A DNA stretch of 51,101 bases from Octopus bimaculoides. Taxonomy: Eukaryota. Numbering within the stretch: the first letter of the stretch is position 1; each line of letters starts with the position of its first letter. This document shows, one piece after another, positions 24,352-36,983 of the stretch. The notes under the pieces are model-generated. The model made no database searches. It worked only from the letters and a program-made list of their open reading frames with translations, and was not told the origin of the DNA. Made by a program: the position numbers and the translations under genes. Location of the stretch: NCBI RefSeq assembly GCF_001194135.2, contig NC_068982.1, forward strand, positions 93,603,454 through 93,654,554. Direction: 5' to 3'.

Positions 24352-25568
24352 CACTATGTGATCAAAAGTATCCAGACACCCACCTGATAATGAAGTACAA
24401 GTTTGGGCCAACCTCAATATGGTGGGCCCACCCTTAGCCTTGATGACAGCCTCTACTCCCGCAAGCATACTTTCAATCAGGTGACAAAAAGTTGCTTGGG
24501 GAATGGCAGCCCATTCTCTGTGGAACTGAAATGTGCAAGAGTATCGATGTGGGTTGGTGCAGTCTAGCACAAGGTTGACATTCCAATATACCCCAGAGAT
24601 GTTGATGAAACTTAAATCAGGACTCTACACAGGCCAGTCCATTAGATGTTGATGTTGCCAAACCACTTCCCAACAAGCCCTGCAGTATGGATAGGTGCTC
24701 GGTCATGTTGAAAGACACAATGGTGAAACCCAAACTGGTCTTCAACAGTAGTCAACATGAAAGTGGTTAAACTGTCAGTGTAAGCTTGTGCTGTGACAGT
24801 GCCACATAAAGCAATAAGGGGCCAAGCTCCCTTCAGGAAAAATACGACCAAACTACGACCTCATCAGTACTGAATTTCACAGTCAGTACCATACAGGCTG
24901 CTGCATATCGTTCCCCAGGCATTTGCCACACCCACGCCCTACCATCAGATTGTCACATTGTGTACCTTCATTCATCATTCCTCACAACAGTTTTCCATGG
25001 TTCTCTAGTTTAGTTTCAATGCTCTTTTATACCGTGCAAGGTGGTGATAGGCATTTGTCTCTGTGATGTGTGGCTTATGAGCAGCTGTTCTTCTATGAAA
25101 ACCAAGTTTCTGCACCTCATGACAAACAAAATAGATCCTGCTGTAGTTTGGAATTCCTGTGAAATGGTGGTGAGGGGTGATAGACGATTATGCTGTACGA
25201 CCCTCTTCAAAACTTGATGGGCTCTAGGGGTTAACATGGGAGGTTGGCTCGAATGCTTTTGGGTTGTACACATCCCTTCACTTTTCCACTCTACTATTAC
25301 ATTGGAAACTGTGGACCTAGGGATATTTAGGAGGGTGGAAATCTCGCACACAGGCTTAGTAGACAAGTGGTACCTGACCACCTGACTGCTTTGAAAGTCC
25401 ATTAGTTCTACAGAGTGTCCCATTCTGCTGCCTAGTGCTGTCTGAAATCACTGACCATATGTTCTGCATGGTAAGTGGTAGTACTGTGGCATCCTCTGTG
25501 ATCTAATGTGTCACCCTCTATGATAAACACGTTTTGCCAGGTGTCCAGATACTTTTGATCATATAGTG
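24352..25568 (-). mobile_element. Tc1/mariner DNA transposon, TIR-to-TIR, decayed (1217 bp)
   Basis: 28-bp TIRs cactatgtgatcaaaagtatccagacac (24352-24379) and gtgtccagatacttttgatcatatagtg (25541-25568), 25/28 matching. TA follows the right end; the left TSD has decayed to CA. Transposase remnants inside. Confidence 0.92.
24414..25423 (-). pseudogene. Tc1-family transposase pseudogene
   Basis: Fragments MGHSVELMDFQ...EISTLLNIPRSTVSNVIVEWK (HTH), WKTVVRNDE*RYTM*QSDGRAWVWQMPGERY, FQHDRAPIH and HLIESMLAGVEAVIKAKGGPT, broken by stops and frameshifts. Confidence 0.9.
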
Positions 25569-26011
25569 TATATATACATACTTATACATTTATATGTATG
25601 TATGTATATAAGAAAGAAAGAGAGAGGGATGGGCTTTCATATAGATTTTGGTCTATTGATTTCTCTCACAAGGTATTGGCTGAGCCAAGACCACAGTAAA
25701 AGACACTTGCAAGTTTCCTAGTGTTAAATAAATTACGATAAAACCTCTCTATCCTACAGATAGATTTCCAAACAATAAGCAGGTAACATTCCTAAATGGT
25801 CTGGTACTTATTTCCAGTGGTTACGTACACCAAAAGAGTGAAGAATTATGTATCCTAAGCTGAAACAAGCAAACTTCCTGCAATGAATTTCATCTCAGAA
25901 ACTCTCTGTCTGAAAGCATATCTTTTTTCACTATCTACCTTAAAAAATTCCATCAGCCTGATTATTTTTCCCCTGTTCTTCTACTGTTGGACCCTCCAAC
26001 TAACAGCATGG

Positions 26012-26045
<34 letters not shown>

Positions 26046-26200
26046 NNNNNNNNNNNNNNNNNNNNNNNNNNNNNNNNNNNNNNNNNNNNNNNNNNNNNNN
26101 NNNNNNNNNNNNNNNNNNNNNNNNNNNNNNNNNNNNNNNNNNNNNNNNNNNNNNNNNNNNNNNNNNNNNNNNNNNNNNNNNNNNNNNNNNNNNNNNNNNN

Positions 26201-26250
<50 letters not shown>

Positions 26251-26590
26251 AAAAGGATATTTTATATTTTGATCAATGTATCACTGTGCAGTGCTGAGTG
26301 CAGACCCTTCCATCATGTAAAACCCACACAACCAGAGAGAGAAGTAAAAACATTTATGGTCAACTCTTTTACTGAAATCAGTAAAAAGAACAAGTATTGG
26401 CATTGATATGATTGACTAAAACCCTTCAAGAGTTCAGTCAATTATATTAACCCCAGTACTTATTTTACTGATCATTATCTACTGCATAATTAAGTAACCT
26501 TATGACATAAATAATTGCAGTTTGATGAGTCATTTTACAATGGTATAACACAGACAGAAACACTCACACTTGCACACAAATTATATAATA

Positions 26591-26759
26591 CACAGGAATG
26601 GCTGTGTGGTAAGAAGCTTGCTTCCCAACCATATGGTTCCGGGTTCAGTCCCACCGTGTGACACCTTGGGCCATTGTCTTCTACTATAGCCTCAGGCCGA
26701 CCAAAGCTTTGTGAGTGGGTTTGGTAGACGGAAACTGAAAGAAGCCTGTCATATATATA

Positions 26760-26790
<31 letters not shown>

Positions 26791-26990
26791 TTGTCCCTCC
26801 CACCATCACCTGACAACCAATATTGGTGCGTTTACATTCCTGTAACTTAGCAGTTTGGTAAAAGAGACCAATAGAATAAGTACTAGGCTTACAAAGAATA
26901 AGTCCTGAGGTCGGTTTGTTTGATTAAAGGCGATGCTCCAGCATGGCCGCAGTCAAATGACTGAAACAAGTAAAAGAGTAAAAGAAAAGA
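26591..26990 (+). mobile_element. SINE family A1
   Basis: cacaggaatggctgtgtggtaagaag...tgactgaaacaagtaaaagagtaaaag. Confidence 0.9.
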
Positions 26991-28929
26991 ATAAAACGGG
27001 GTTCTGCAATGTTTCAATCAAAGATTCTCTTACAAGGCTTCAACTCACTCCCTTTACTCCACCCACCCACCCACTTGTCCAAAGTATCACAAATTGGGAT
27101 CAAACCTAGACTCATGTGATTGTCAAGTGAACTTTGTAACCATACAGCTATACCAGCATACAAATTTGTAAGATCATGATCTAGCCTCTCCCATTTTTCA
27201 TGATTATATATCTTCCCACATACATCATTTAGGTTGTGCCAGTTATATGAGAAGTGTCATAACTAAATGAAAATATAATTACTGTTAAATCTATCTCTGG
27301 ACAAAGAGAGAAAAAAAAATAAATAGATTTACTTTGAATTAAATGAGTGAAAAGAAAATGTCTTTTCTTTATGACTGCTTAAATTTACATAATAATAGGA
27401 AAAAAAGATTCATTTTCAGAGTTTCTATATGTATATCTTTTATGTGTTTCAGTTATTGGACTGCAGACATGCTGGGGCACTAGAACATTTAGTCCAATGA
27501 ATTGACCTCAGTACTTACAGTAGGCTCTTTTCTTTGTTGTTGCGTGCTAGATAATGATAGGTGATGAGACAAAAAAAAAAAAAACACAACAGAGCAGTGT
27601 TTTCAGCATCAAACTATATTTGAAATGGAATACAAAATTTCTTTACCAAAGTTGCATGATGTACAGTCCTCATGACTAAGCTCTCCCCAGAAATTTCATA
27701 TCAATTTAAGTTGAAGATATTTTAGTGCAACACTGAGCTGCTATTGAGGCAACATAACAGCAATGAGGGCTGTGGTGGGTGATGTGATGTGACATGCGGA
27801 ATCTTGGTGAGTGAAGTTAGCAAGTGGTGCTGCTGCAACTGGTGACATGGTGATATGAAAGACTATGGAGAGTGGTGTGGCAAGTTTAAGAACCATGGTG
27901 GGAGATGCAAGACATTAAAGGACTATAGCACATGGAGCCAGTGTCCTACCCAGAAGAGTATTTAGTCTGAATAAAAACCGATACAGGATAGAAGGAACAC
28001 TTTAGTCCTCCTGCATAGAGCAACCTCTCCAGTATTGGTGGCAAGATAAAATGCACTCAGTACATGCTGTAAAGGCATCCAGTCACAGACACCATGTTTC
28101 CCCCAAATGGAACATATAAATGGAATGAAGATTCTGTTTGTTACATCTAATGCTACCCACCTAGGATGAACAGTAAATAAGAACTGATACAGAACAGAGA
28201 GAACTCTCTAGCCCTTACGCACAGGAAAACCTCTAGAGCACTGATTTTATAATAAAATGCATCCAGCCTGCACTGTAAGAAATACATAGCAACTAAAATG
28301 GCTAATTTTCTCTGTTGCTGTGTGTCAGATGAATCAGATCACAATAAGTAATGGGAGATGCCTAACCCATAACAATTCAGTATAGTAATATGAACATGAA
28401 AATAAGATGATACATCTATCTATATATATTCATACATACACATACATCTACATATATAATCACTAACAGCACTATTTCTATGTATGAATCACATTGTCCT
28501 CCTCATCCTACTACTACAAAAAAAGTTATTGGCAAAAGAAGTAGTATTAATACCAAAAGGTAATATTTATCCCCACTTAAAAGTGGATGTTGTGTTAGAA
28601 CATAGGATACCATAATAAGTTACCATGAGAGAAACTCATGTATTGGCTTTTGGTGCATATAAGCACTCTTGTTTACATTACTAGTGAGGAGATAAATCAC
28701 CCACCATTGCCACTGCTGAGACTACCAGATCACATAATTTCAGCCTTCTGTAGTCTTGTCAATGGTAGATGCTCAGGTGCTGGACATAGCAGCAATCTCT
28801 ATTAGTGATACACATAGAATCACAGGGCCTAAACAGGCATAAATCACAGGTTAGTGTAAAAATCAAAACAGCAATCTTAAATGTTGACTTTAACATGCAC
28901 TTCAGACATAGAATAGTAATATTTTAAAG

Positions 28930-29070
28930 CCATGATGCATATGGAAAATGATGGTTGTAAAAGAAGTGCTATGTGCTCCAAGTGTTTGCAAACTAGGAAG
29001 ATATGGGACCAAGTGGTGAAAACTGATTTCAAGAGATTGAACTTCACACAAGACAAAATACAGCAGCAAG
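28930..29070 (+). mobile_element. Degenerate RTE ORF C-terminal fragment
   Basis: MHMENDGCKRS...RKIWDQVVKTDFKRLNFT resembles the RTE C-terminal RMxxD...RKTWxxVVKxDL motif. Short and decayed. Confidence 0.4.
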
Positions 29071-29384
29071 TTGCAAAACATTTTGCTGGAAAAGATTCAT
29101 CTATCTTGAGAAAACATGGCAAAAGGGACACAAAAATGGTAGTGGCAATAGAGGTTTATTGCATAATATCTACATAATAGTCTCTCTCACCCATTATGTT
29201 TATGTTAAATTTTTATCCAACACCTTCCCCTTTTCTTTGTTACCTTCTCATTTATCACTGTACTTCCTTGACACTATTCCTCCCCTAATACAATGTCTGA
29301 GGAATGAGATATTAAAACTGTCCATATTCAGTTTCACCACCATCAAAGTTTTATATTGATAACCATTACACACACACACACACA

Positions 29385-29418
<34 letters not shown>

Positions 29419-29825
29419 CTCCATAATCCCCCCTCTATCTTCCATTATTGACATCTATTAATCTCTCATCATTGTGACCCATCACTCTTTTCCTTTTATG
29501 TTCGTCTTTCTCTTTCATACATAGTACACCCTCTATCACTCACCACTGACACCCATTAGTTTCTTTCTTTCATCATGTAAAACTTCTATTACTCCCAATT
29601 GCATCACCAAATTTCTCACTTCTGCCAATCACTCTCTCTTCCTCCATTATACTTTTCATGTCATCTTTTCAGTCAAGCTCTTTACCAACAATCACAATAT
29701 AGATGTTTATCAGTCTCCCTTCCATTACACCCTCTTCTATCATCCGCTCACTGTCACTGTTTCTCTCTTGTTACTCTCTCCCTTTATTCACCATCTCAAT
29801 TACGCCAAGCAAATAGAGACAGTGT

Positions 29826-30123
29826 GGAGGTGCAACGGCCCAGTGGTTAGAGCAGCAGACTTGCGGTCAGAGGATTGCGGCTTTGATTCCCAGACTGGGC
29901 GTTGTGTGTGTTTATTCAGCGAAAACAGCTAAAGCTCCATGAGGCTCCGGCAGGTGGTGGTGACGACCCCTCTTGTACTCTTTCGCCCCAACTTTCTCTC
30001 ATTCTTTCTTCCTTTTTCTTGAGTAATGCTGCGATGGACTGGCATCCTATCCAGCTGGGGGGAACATATATGTCATAGAACCGGGCCCATGAGCCTGGCT
30101 AGGCTTTAAAAGGGCGCATAAAT
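29826..30123 (+). mobile_element. SINE with family B head 1 and an unrelated 3' tail
   Basis: The first ~190 nt match the 7668-8053 head, followed by gctgcgatggactggcatcctatccagctgggggg...gggcgcat. 15-bp TSD aaatagagacagtgt at 29811-29825 and 30124-30138. Confidence 0.88.
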
Positions 30124-31643
30124 AAATAGAGACAGTGTAAGGTGGAGAATACTTCTTAGGCTTGCTAGAGACACATAACCTCTAGTGCTAGTACCTATTT
30201 AAACTGTATCCAGTAAACTCGGTAAAGTGGTTGGCTAATGAATGGAGACAATGTAGAGAACTCCTTAATATTGCTAGGGAAAAGACAACTTCTAGGGTGT
30301 TGGTGCTACAATAATATGTACCCAATAAGTGGTTGGTATTAGAAAAAGCATCTAAGCACAGAAACCATGGCAAAAATGGAATGTGTGAATAAGAAATGGT
30401 TCCCAACCCTTTTTAAGAAACACAATAAGCCCAAATAGGAACTCTGATCATAATTATCTGTCCAACCCATGTTAGCATGGAAGAATAGACATAGAATCAT
30501 GATGACTGATACAGAATATTCAGTATACATCATAATACTTTGCATTTGTAGACAAGTATTTCAGTTGTATCTGGTGTATCTATAACTTACTTCAAATGTT
30601 GGTTAAAATCTATTGCAGATGGTGGAAACGTGTTTAGTCATCACCCTGTTTGCTATCACCTAGAATTGCAAGCTCATTCTCTATAATTAGTTTAAAGTGC
30701 AATTCAAGTTTCCTTAATAGCCACTGTTGTGTTCTTGAGACACTTTGATATCTCAAATATCTTTTTCAATCCTCCAGTTTAAGTTTATATCCTCATAAGG
30801 TTCCTGTTCGAATAAGTTACCACTAAACTACTGTCACCTGCTCATTACAAAACAAGTACACCACAGACAAATAACGTTAACAAAATAGAATTTGTATACA
30901 ATCAAAATTTGTTAGTACCTAACAGAAAACAGAAATATCCTATTGCAGACATTCATATTTGTTTTAAACTACACTGAAGAAGTGGCTATCTAGTCTCAAG
31001 TTAGAAAAACAGATTTGTTATTTTAAACTTCCTTCACAAACAAACCATTGTTTTGTTCATGTATTAATATTGGAGCACTTAGTATATAGCCATGAATGGC
31101 ACATTATTTTAAGCTTTTCAAACAAGCAAGTCATTGTCTCATAAACTGCCCAATCATTTTTAGGTTTGTTTGTTTTTACATGTTATATCTACCGGGTAGC
31201 AATGTTTGGGTTACCTTTTGATAAATTGCCAAATCTGTTAGCCACTTCCTGAGTTAGTCTAATTTTTTTAGGTCAATCTTAACCAATCTTAATCAAAGTT
31301 CCTTGTTGTTGTATTTTACTGATTTAATCTGAAATGTTTTGGATTCATATTGTTATATATTGTTTATAGTCAGAGTGCTCAGTTTTCAAATAAGATAATG
31401 CTGGACTATTTTGTGGATTTCAACAAACAAGTGTTTTAGTTGTTTAATTAACAAAACTACAAGCTCATTGATGTATAGTTTAAGGGGCTATGTTCTACAG
31501 ACACTTCTACCCTAACATTATGCTTAAGAATAAAAATATGTTACAAGTTCCTATGTGCTTTCAGAGAACTTTTGCTAACCTAATTTTACTGACAAGGTCT
31601 GAGTAACACTGAGGCTATGGTACAAGATTTTTGCACAAATATA

Positions 31644-31885
31644 TCATCATTCAACATCCACTTTTTCATAACTGTATGGCTTAAATGTAATATGCTGAGG
31701 CAGATTTTCTAGGGCTGGATACCCTTCCTGTTGCCAACCTTCACCTGTTTCCAAGCAAAATAATATTTCCCCATGGCCAGACATGTTTTTCATGAAAGGC
31801 TGGAAATGAACAACACTGCTGGCATGAAGGTAATGCTTGTTTACAACCATCACATGATGTCAAGACAAGGATACACACAAACATA
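31644..31885 (-). mobile_element. SINE family A2, 3' part
   Basis: catcattcaacatccacttttt...gcagattttctagggctggatacccttcctgttgccaacc...acatgatgtcaagacaagg. Confidence 0.7.
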
Positions 31886-32050
31886 CACATACTTATTTTG
31901 GTCGAGTCAGTCTTTTACTTCTCTGAGTTTCACCTGTGGGCACACAAAGTTTACAGACAAGTTATGACTTTTATCCAACAGTCAACATTATATTAAATAT
32001 ATACATTTACACTATATATATATATATATAGTGTAAATATATATATATAT

Positions 32051-32406
32051 TGTTGTTGTTGGCACTCTGCCGCTTACGACGTCGAAGGTTCCAGTTGATC
32101 CGATCAATGGAACAGCTTGCTCCTTAAATTAACGTGCAAGTGGCTGAGCACTCTACAGACACGTGTACCCTTAACGTAGTTCTCGGGGATATTCAGCGTG
32201 ACACAGTGTGACAAGGCTGGCCCTTTGAAATACGGGCACAACAGAAACAGGAAGTAACAGTGAGAGAAAGTTGTGGTGAAAGAGTACAGCAGGGTTTGCC
32301 ACCATCCCCTGCTGGAGCCTCATGGAGCTTTAGGTGTTTTTGCTCAATAAACACTCACAGCGCCTGGTCTGGGAATCGAAACTGCGATCCTATAACCGTG
32401 AGTCCG
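32051..32406 (-). mobile_element. SINE family B copy, 5' end lost in gap
   Basis: Near-colinear with 7668-8053 (gttgttggcactc...cttacgacgtcg...gacaaggctggccctttgaa...gggaatcgaaactgcg). Confidence 0.88.
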
Positions 32407-33199
32407 NNNNNNNNNNNNNNNNNNNNNNNNNNNNNNNNNNNNNNNNNNNNNNNNNNNNNNNNNNNNNNNNNNNNNNNNNNNNNNNNNNNNNNNNNNNNNN
32501 NNNNNTATATATATAAAGGAAAAGGGGTTCTTTGAGTCTTTATCTAACAAATTCACTCTTAAGGCACTGAAGCACTGGTTGGCCCAGGGCTTTAATAGAT
32601 GATACAAGCCCAAGGTATCACACAGCTGCACCTGCAGCTATACTATGCTTGCATCAATAAAACTTCCTCTACCATATACATAAATATATGGAGGGTGAGG
32701 GTGGGGGGAGAATTTTATCGATGCAGGAAAACCTCCAAGTTTCACCTAACTGATCTTCCGACAGAAATAAACTTTTGGAACTATACAATGAATAACAAAT
32801 ACCACATTGAGGATCAGTTATAAAATAAATGAATATTTAAAAAGTCAACTGACTCTTGGCATTGCCTCAGCTAAAGACAGTGCTCTAGTATGGCTGCAGT
32901 CTAATGACTGAAACAAGGAAATAATAAATGAGTAAGAACTGATTAAAATAAAGCAAAAAAAAAACCTATCTAGCTCTCACTTTGCTGACTATCTGTGCAT
33001 ATCTTATGTCACTCTCACAAGATATTCATCTACACTTATTTTTCTTAAAAGCAACCAGACTACAGAGTGTGGTACTTTGTCAAAGGTCCATCATCAGATC
33101 AACAAATGCTAGGAAGAGGGGCTTACTGTTAGATAAAGATTTTCTCTTGCAGTTGTCTTTCTATGAAGACAGCATTATCAGCAGTACTATAACCAGACA

Positions 33200-33420
33200 A
33201 CATTTCTAACTGCATGCTCACAATGGTCAGATGGAACTGAGGTAGATTTTCTACAGCTGGAGGCCCTTCTCCTCACTTGTTTCCATGCAAGGTAATATTT
33301 CCCCATAACCAGACATATTTTCATGGAAGATAGGAAATAAATGATACTGCTTGTATGATGATGGCACTTGTTTATAACTATCACATGATGTCAAGATAAA
33401 GAAGAACAAACACACATACA
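33200..33420 (-). mobile_element. SINE family A2, 3' part
   Basis: Homologous to 31644-31885 (gtagattttctacagctggaggcccttc...cacatgatgtcaagataaag). Confidence 0.65.
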
Positions 33421-33427
33421 CATAGAT

Positions 33428-33850
33428 GAAGGCATAACTGTGTGGATAAGAAATTTGCTTCTCATCTACATGGTTTCAGGTTCAGTCCCACTGCATGGCA
33501 TCTTGGACAAGTGTCATAATAGCCTTGAGCTGACCACTAATATTTTGTGAATGGATTTGGTAAATGGAAACTGAATTATTTGAGTGTGTGTATGGACTGA
33601 ATTTGTGTGAATGTGCATGTACTTCCTTGTTTTGACATTGTGTGATAATTGTAAATGAGTGTTGCCATCAGATAAGTAATGTCCTTTGAATCTAGACTTC
33701 CATGAAAACATTTCTGGCCAAGGGGAAACATTAGAACAGGTGAGAGTTGATGACAAGAAGGGTATACTGCTGCAGAAAAATCTGCTTCAGTGAATTCTGT
33801 CTGATCCTTGCAAGTATGGAAATGTGGATGTTAAAATAATAATGATGATA
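33428..33850 (+). mobile_element. SINE family A2 (A head + RTE-type 3' end)
   Basis: A-type head (ctgtgtggataag...ggttcagtcccactg...ttggacaagtgtc), then a different body ending gcaagtatggaaatgtggatgttaaaataataatgatga, like the RTE LINE terminus. Confidence 0.75.
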
Positions 33851-34781
33851 TATATTATGATGGGCTTCTTTCAGTCTCCAGCTACCAAAATTACTCACAA
33901 AGTTTTGGTTAGCAAGGTATTACAGTAGAAAACACTTGCCCAAGATATCAACATGTGTGACTGAACTTGAAACTAAGTGCTTTGGAAGCAAAGTTAATCA
34001 CACTTTCATGCCTGCACTTATACATACCTATAAAAATACATAAACATATGCACATGCACACAGACACCTATTTATCTATATTTGTGTGTGTGTGTGATGA
34101 ACTACTTCATAGAAGAGACACTTTTGGTCACACAACTGTAACCTAGTCACTNNNNNNNNNNNNNNNNNNNNNNNNNNNNNNNNNNNNNNNNNNNNNNNNN
34201 NNNNNNNNNNNNNNNNNNNNNNNNNNNNNNNNNNNNNNNNNNNNNNNNNNNNNNNNNNNNNNNNNNNNNNNNNNNNNNNNNNNNNNNNNNNNNNNNNNNN
34301 NNNNNNNNNNNNNNNNNNNNNNNNNNNNNNNNNNNNNNNNNNNNNNNNNNNNNNNNNNNNNNNNNNNNNNNNNNNNNNNNNNNNNNNNNNNNNNNNNNNN
34401 NNNNNNNNNNNNNNNNNNNNNNNNNNNNNNNNNNNNNNNNNNNNNNNNNNNNNNNNNNNNNNNNNNNNNNNNNNNNNNNNNNNNNNNNNNNNNNNNCATA
34501 TGCACATGCACACAGACACCTATTTATCTATATTTGTGTGTGTGTGTGATGAACTACTTCATAGAAGAGACACTTTTGGTCACACAACTGTAACCTAGTC
34601 ACTGACACAGTTCAACCATATGTTTGAAATGTCCTGTTTTTATTGATCTCAGGTTTAATTTTCCTATTTCTTTCTTTAATTTTTAAACATATGGAATTGT
34701 TACATTTACGCTGACTCTGACATTGGCCATCGTTTGTGTCTTCTAGGTTACATTCATTTATCAGTTAACAGCTTTATATAT

Positions 34782-36247
34782 TACTAGCAGAAATACCCGG
34801 CTTTGCCCGGGTTAAAGAGAATAATGAAATCTAAAAACGCCGTCTAGACTACGCAACCCTCAACTGTTAGTAGCTACGATACCATATTTCTACATTAATA
34901 ACTCTCCAATCCATGCCAGCATGGAACATAGACATTAAGTGGAATGCCCGTCTCTCATCTAGGAGGGCCTTGAAATCAATGTTACCAACTGGGGACTATG
35001 TGTGTCGTAGTGATAATAAAAAGACCCAAAGGAGGTCTGCAACGAAATAATTTTACTCAACACTTTGCAAGTGAATCAGTGGAGGCAAAGATGCGTCTCA
35101 TNNNNNNNNNNNNNNNNNNNNNNNNNNNNNNNNNNNNNNNNNNNNNNNNNNNNNNNNNNNNNNNNNNNNNNNNNNNNNNNNNNNNNNNNNNNNNNNNNNN
35201 NNNNNNNNNNNNNNNNNNNNNNNNNNNNNNNNNNNNNNNNNNNNNNNNNNNNNNNNNNNNNNNNNNNNNNNNNNNNNNNNNNNNNNNNNNNNNNNNNNNN
35301 NNNNNNNNNNNNNNNNNNNNNNNNNNNNNNNNNNNNNNNNNNNNNNNNNNNNNNNNNNNNNNNNNNNNNNNNNNNNNNNNNNNNNNNNNNNNNNNNNNNN
35401 NNNNNNNNNNNNNNNNNNNNNNNNNNNNNNNNNNNNNNNNNNNNNNNNNNNNNNNNNNNNNNNNNNNNNNNNNNNNNNNNNNNNNNNNNNNNNNNNNNNN
35501 NNNNNNNNNNNNNNNNNNNNNNNNNNNNNNNNNNNNNNNNNNNNNNNNNNNNNNNNNNNNNNNNNNNNNNNNNNNNNNNNNNNNNNNNNNNNNNNNNNNN
35601 NNNNNNNNNNNNNNNNNNNNNNNNNNNNNNNNNNNNNNNNNNNNNNNNNNNNNNNNNNNNNNNNNNNNNNNNNNNNNNNNNNNNNNNNNNNNNNNNNNNN
35701 NNNNNNNNNNNNNNNNNNNNNNNNNNNNNNNNNNNNNNNNNNNNNNNNNNNNNNNNNNNNNNNNNNNNNNNNNNNNNNNNNNNNNNNNNNNNNNNNNNNN
35801 NNNNNNNNNNNNNNNNNNNNNNNNNNNNNNNNNNNNNNNNNNNNNNNNNNNNNNNNNNNNNNNNNNNNNNNNNNNNNNNNNNNNNNNNNNNNNNNNNNNN
35901 NNNNNNNNNNNNNNNNNNNNNNNNNNNNNNNNNNNAAGTATCTGTCATTACAGTATCGAAATGTGATTGTTTCAGTTAGTAGAATAGTTTCATTTTTAAA
36001 GTGAAAGTATTTGACATGAGTGTTTTTGTTTCACTTTTGACACGTAATACTTAAATAGTGGAGGAGATATTATGTTGCCGTGGGCTCGAACTCTGCAAGA
36101 AGTTAAAATTTTTTTTGACTAAAACACAACTGGAACCCTAAGTAAGGCATCTGTAAAATTTGAATGAAATTGGTTGCGTAGTTCTCAAGTTTTAGGGATT
36201 CACACAGACAGACAGACAGACACATTCTCATTTTTATATATATAGAT
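34782..36247 (+). mobile_element. Non-autonomous Helitron-like (Lep1/HINE-type) element spanning a gap
   Basis: 5' end tactagcagaaatacccggctttgcccggg with a short inverted repeat. The 3' region has (GACA)n followed by tatatatagat. This architecture is recalled from Lep1-type rolling-circle elements. Confidence 0.65.
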
Positions 36248-36915
36248 AACCATTATTCCACATTTTCTTCTGTGCATTTCCTGTGTGTGTAACACACTGA
36301 TATTATCCCAGTGATTGAGTTCATTTTCTCATATGCAAACTGATTCAGTTATGTATCTTAGTACTGTTTCTACACTGAGTTTATTAATTGAATCATTCTG
36401 CTTTTCTAGCACATGTGTTAAGAATGGAAAGAGACCCCCTGTACAGATGGCAACTGTATAGTATGTAGAGTGAATTCACAGATAAACTGTAAAACTAGTC
36501 ATGTAGCTTATAGTATAAGGTATACTGAGGGACAGTGCAGAAACAGGATGGGATATACATTGAGGAGACAGTATGTAGCACAAGTGAGTGGATAAGTGAA
36601 CACTGGTGGGAGCCTCAAGGATGTGGAAGTAGGTTTTACAGTATTGCTATTTCAGTGTTCATTGAATTTGTACAAACCAAGCCAAAACAAACTATGGAAC
36701 CTGGTGTGAGCCATAGTCTTGTCAGCTCTTGTCAAGCCATTCAACCCATACCAGCATGGAAGACAGATGTTAAGTAATGATGATGATACTAGCAGAAAAA
36801 CTGTTTAACTGCATGTAAGGAATATTAATAGAGAATTTACAGACACTATGACAAGAAATATGGCAAATATTAATCTAAAGAATTCATCTTTCATGACCTA
36901 CAATGACACCACCAT

Positions 36916-36917
<2 letters not shown>

Positions 36918-36983
<66 letters not shown>

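Noticed and set aside
30590-30660. Exon-like segment ctag|...|gtaagt on the minus strand in intron 3
   Set aside because: Stops in all three frames and a poor acceptor; no evidence without transcripts.
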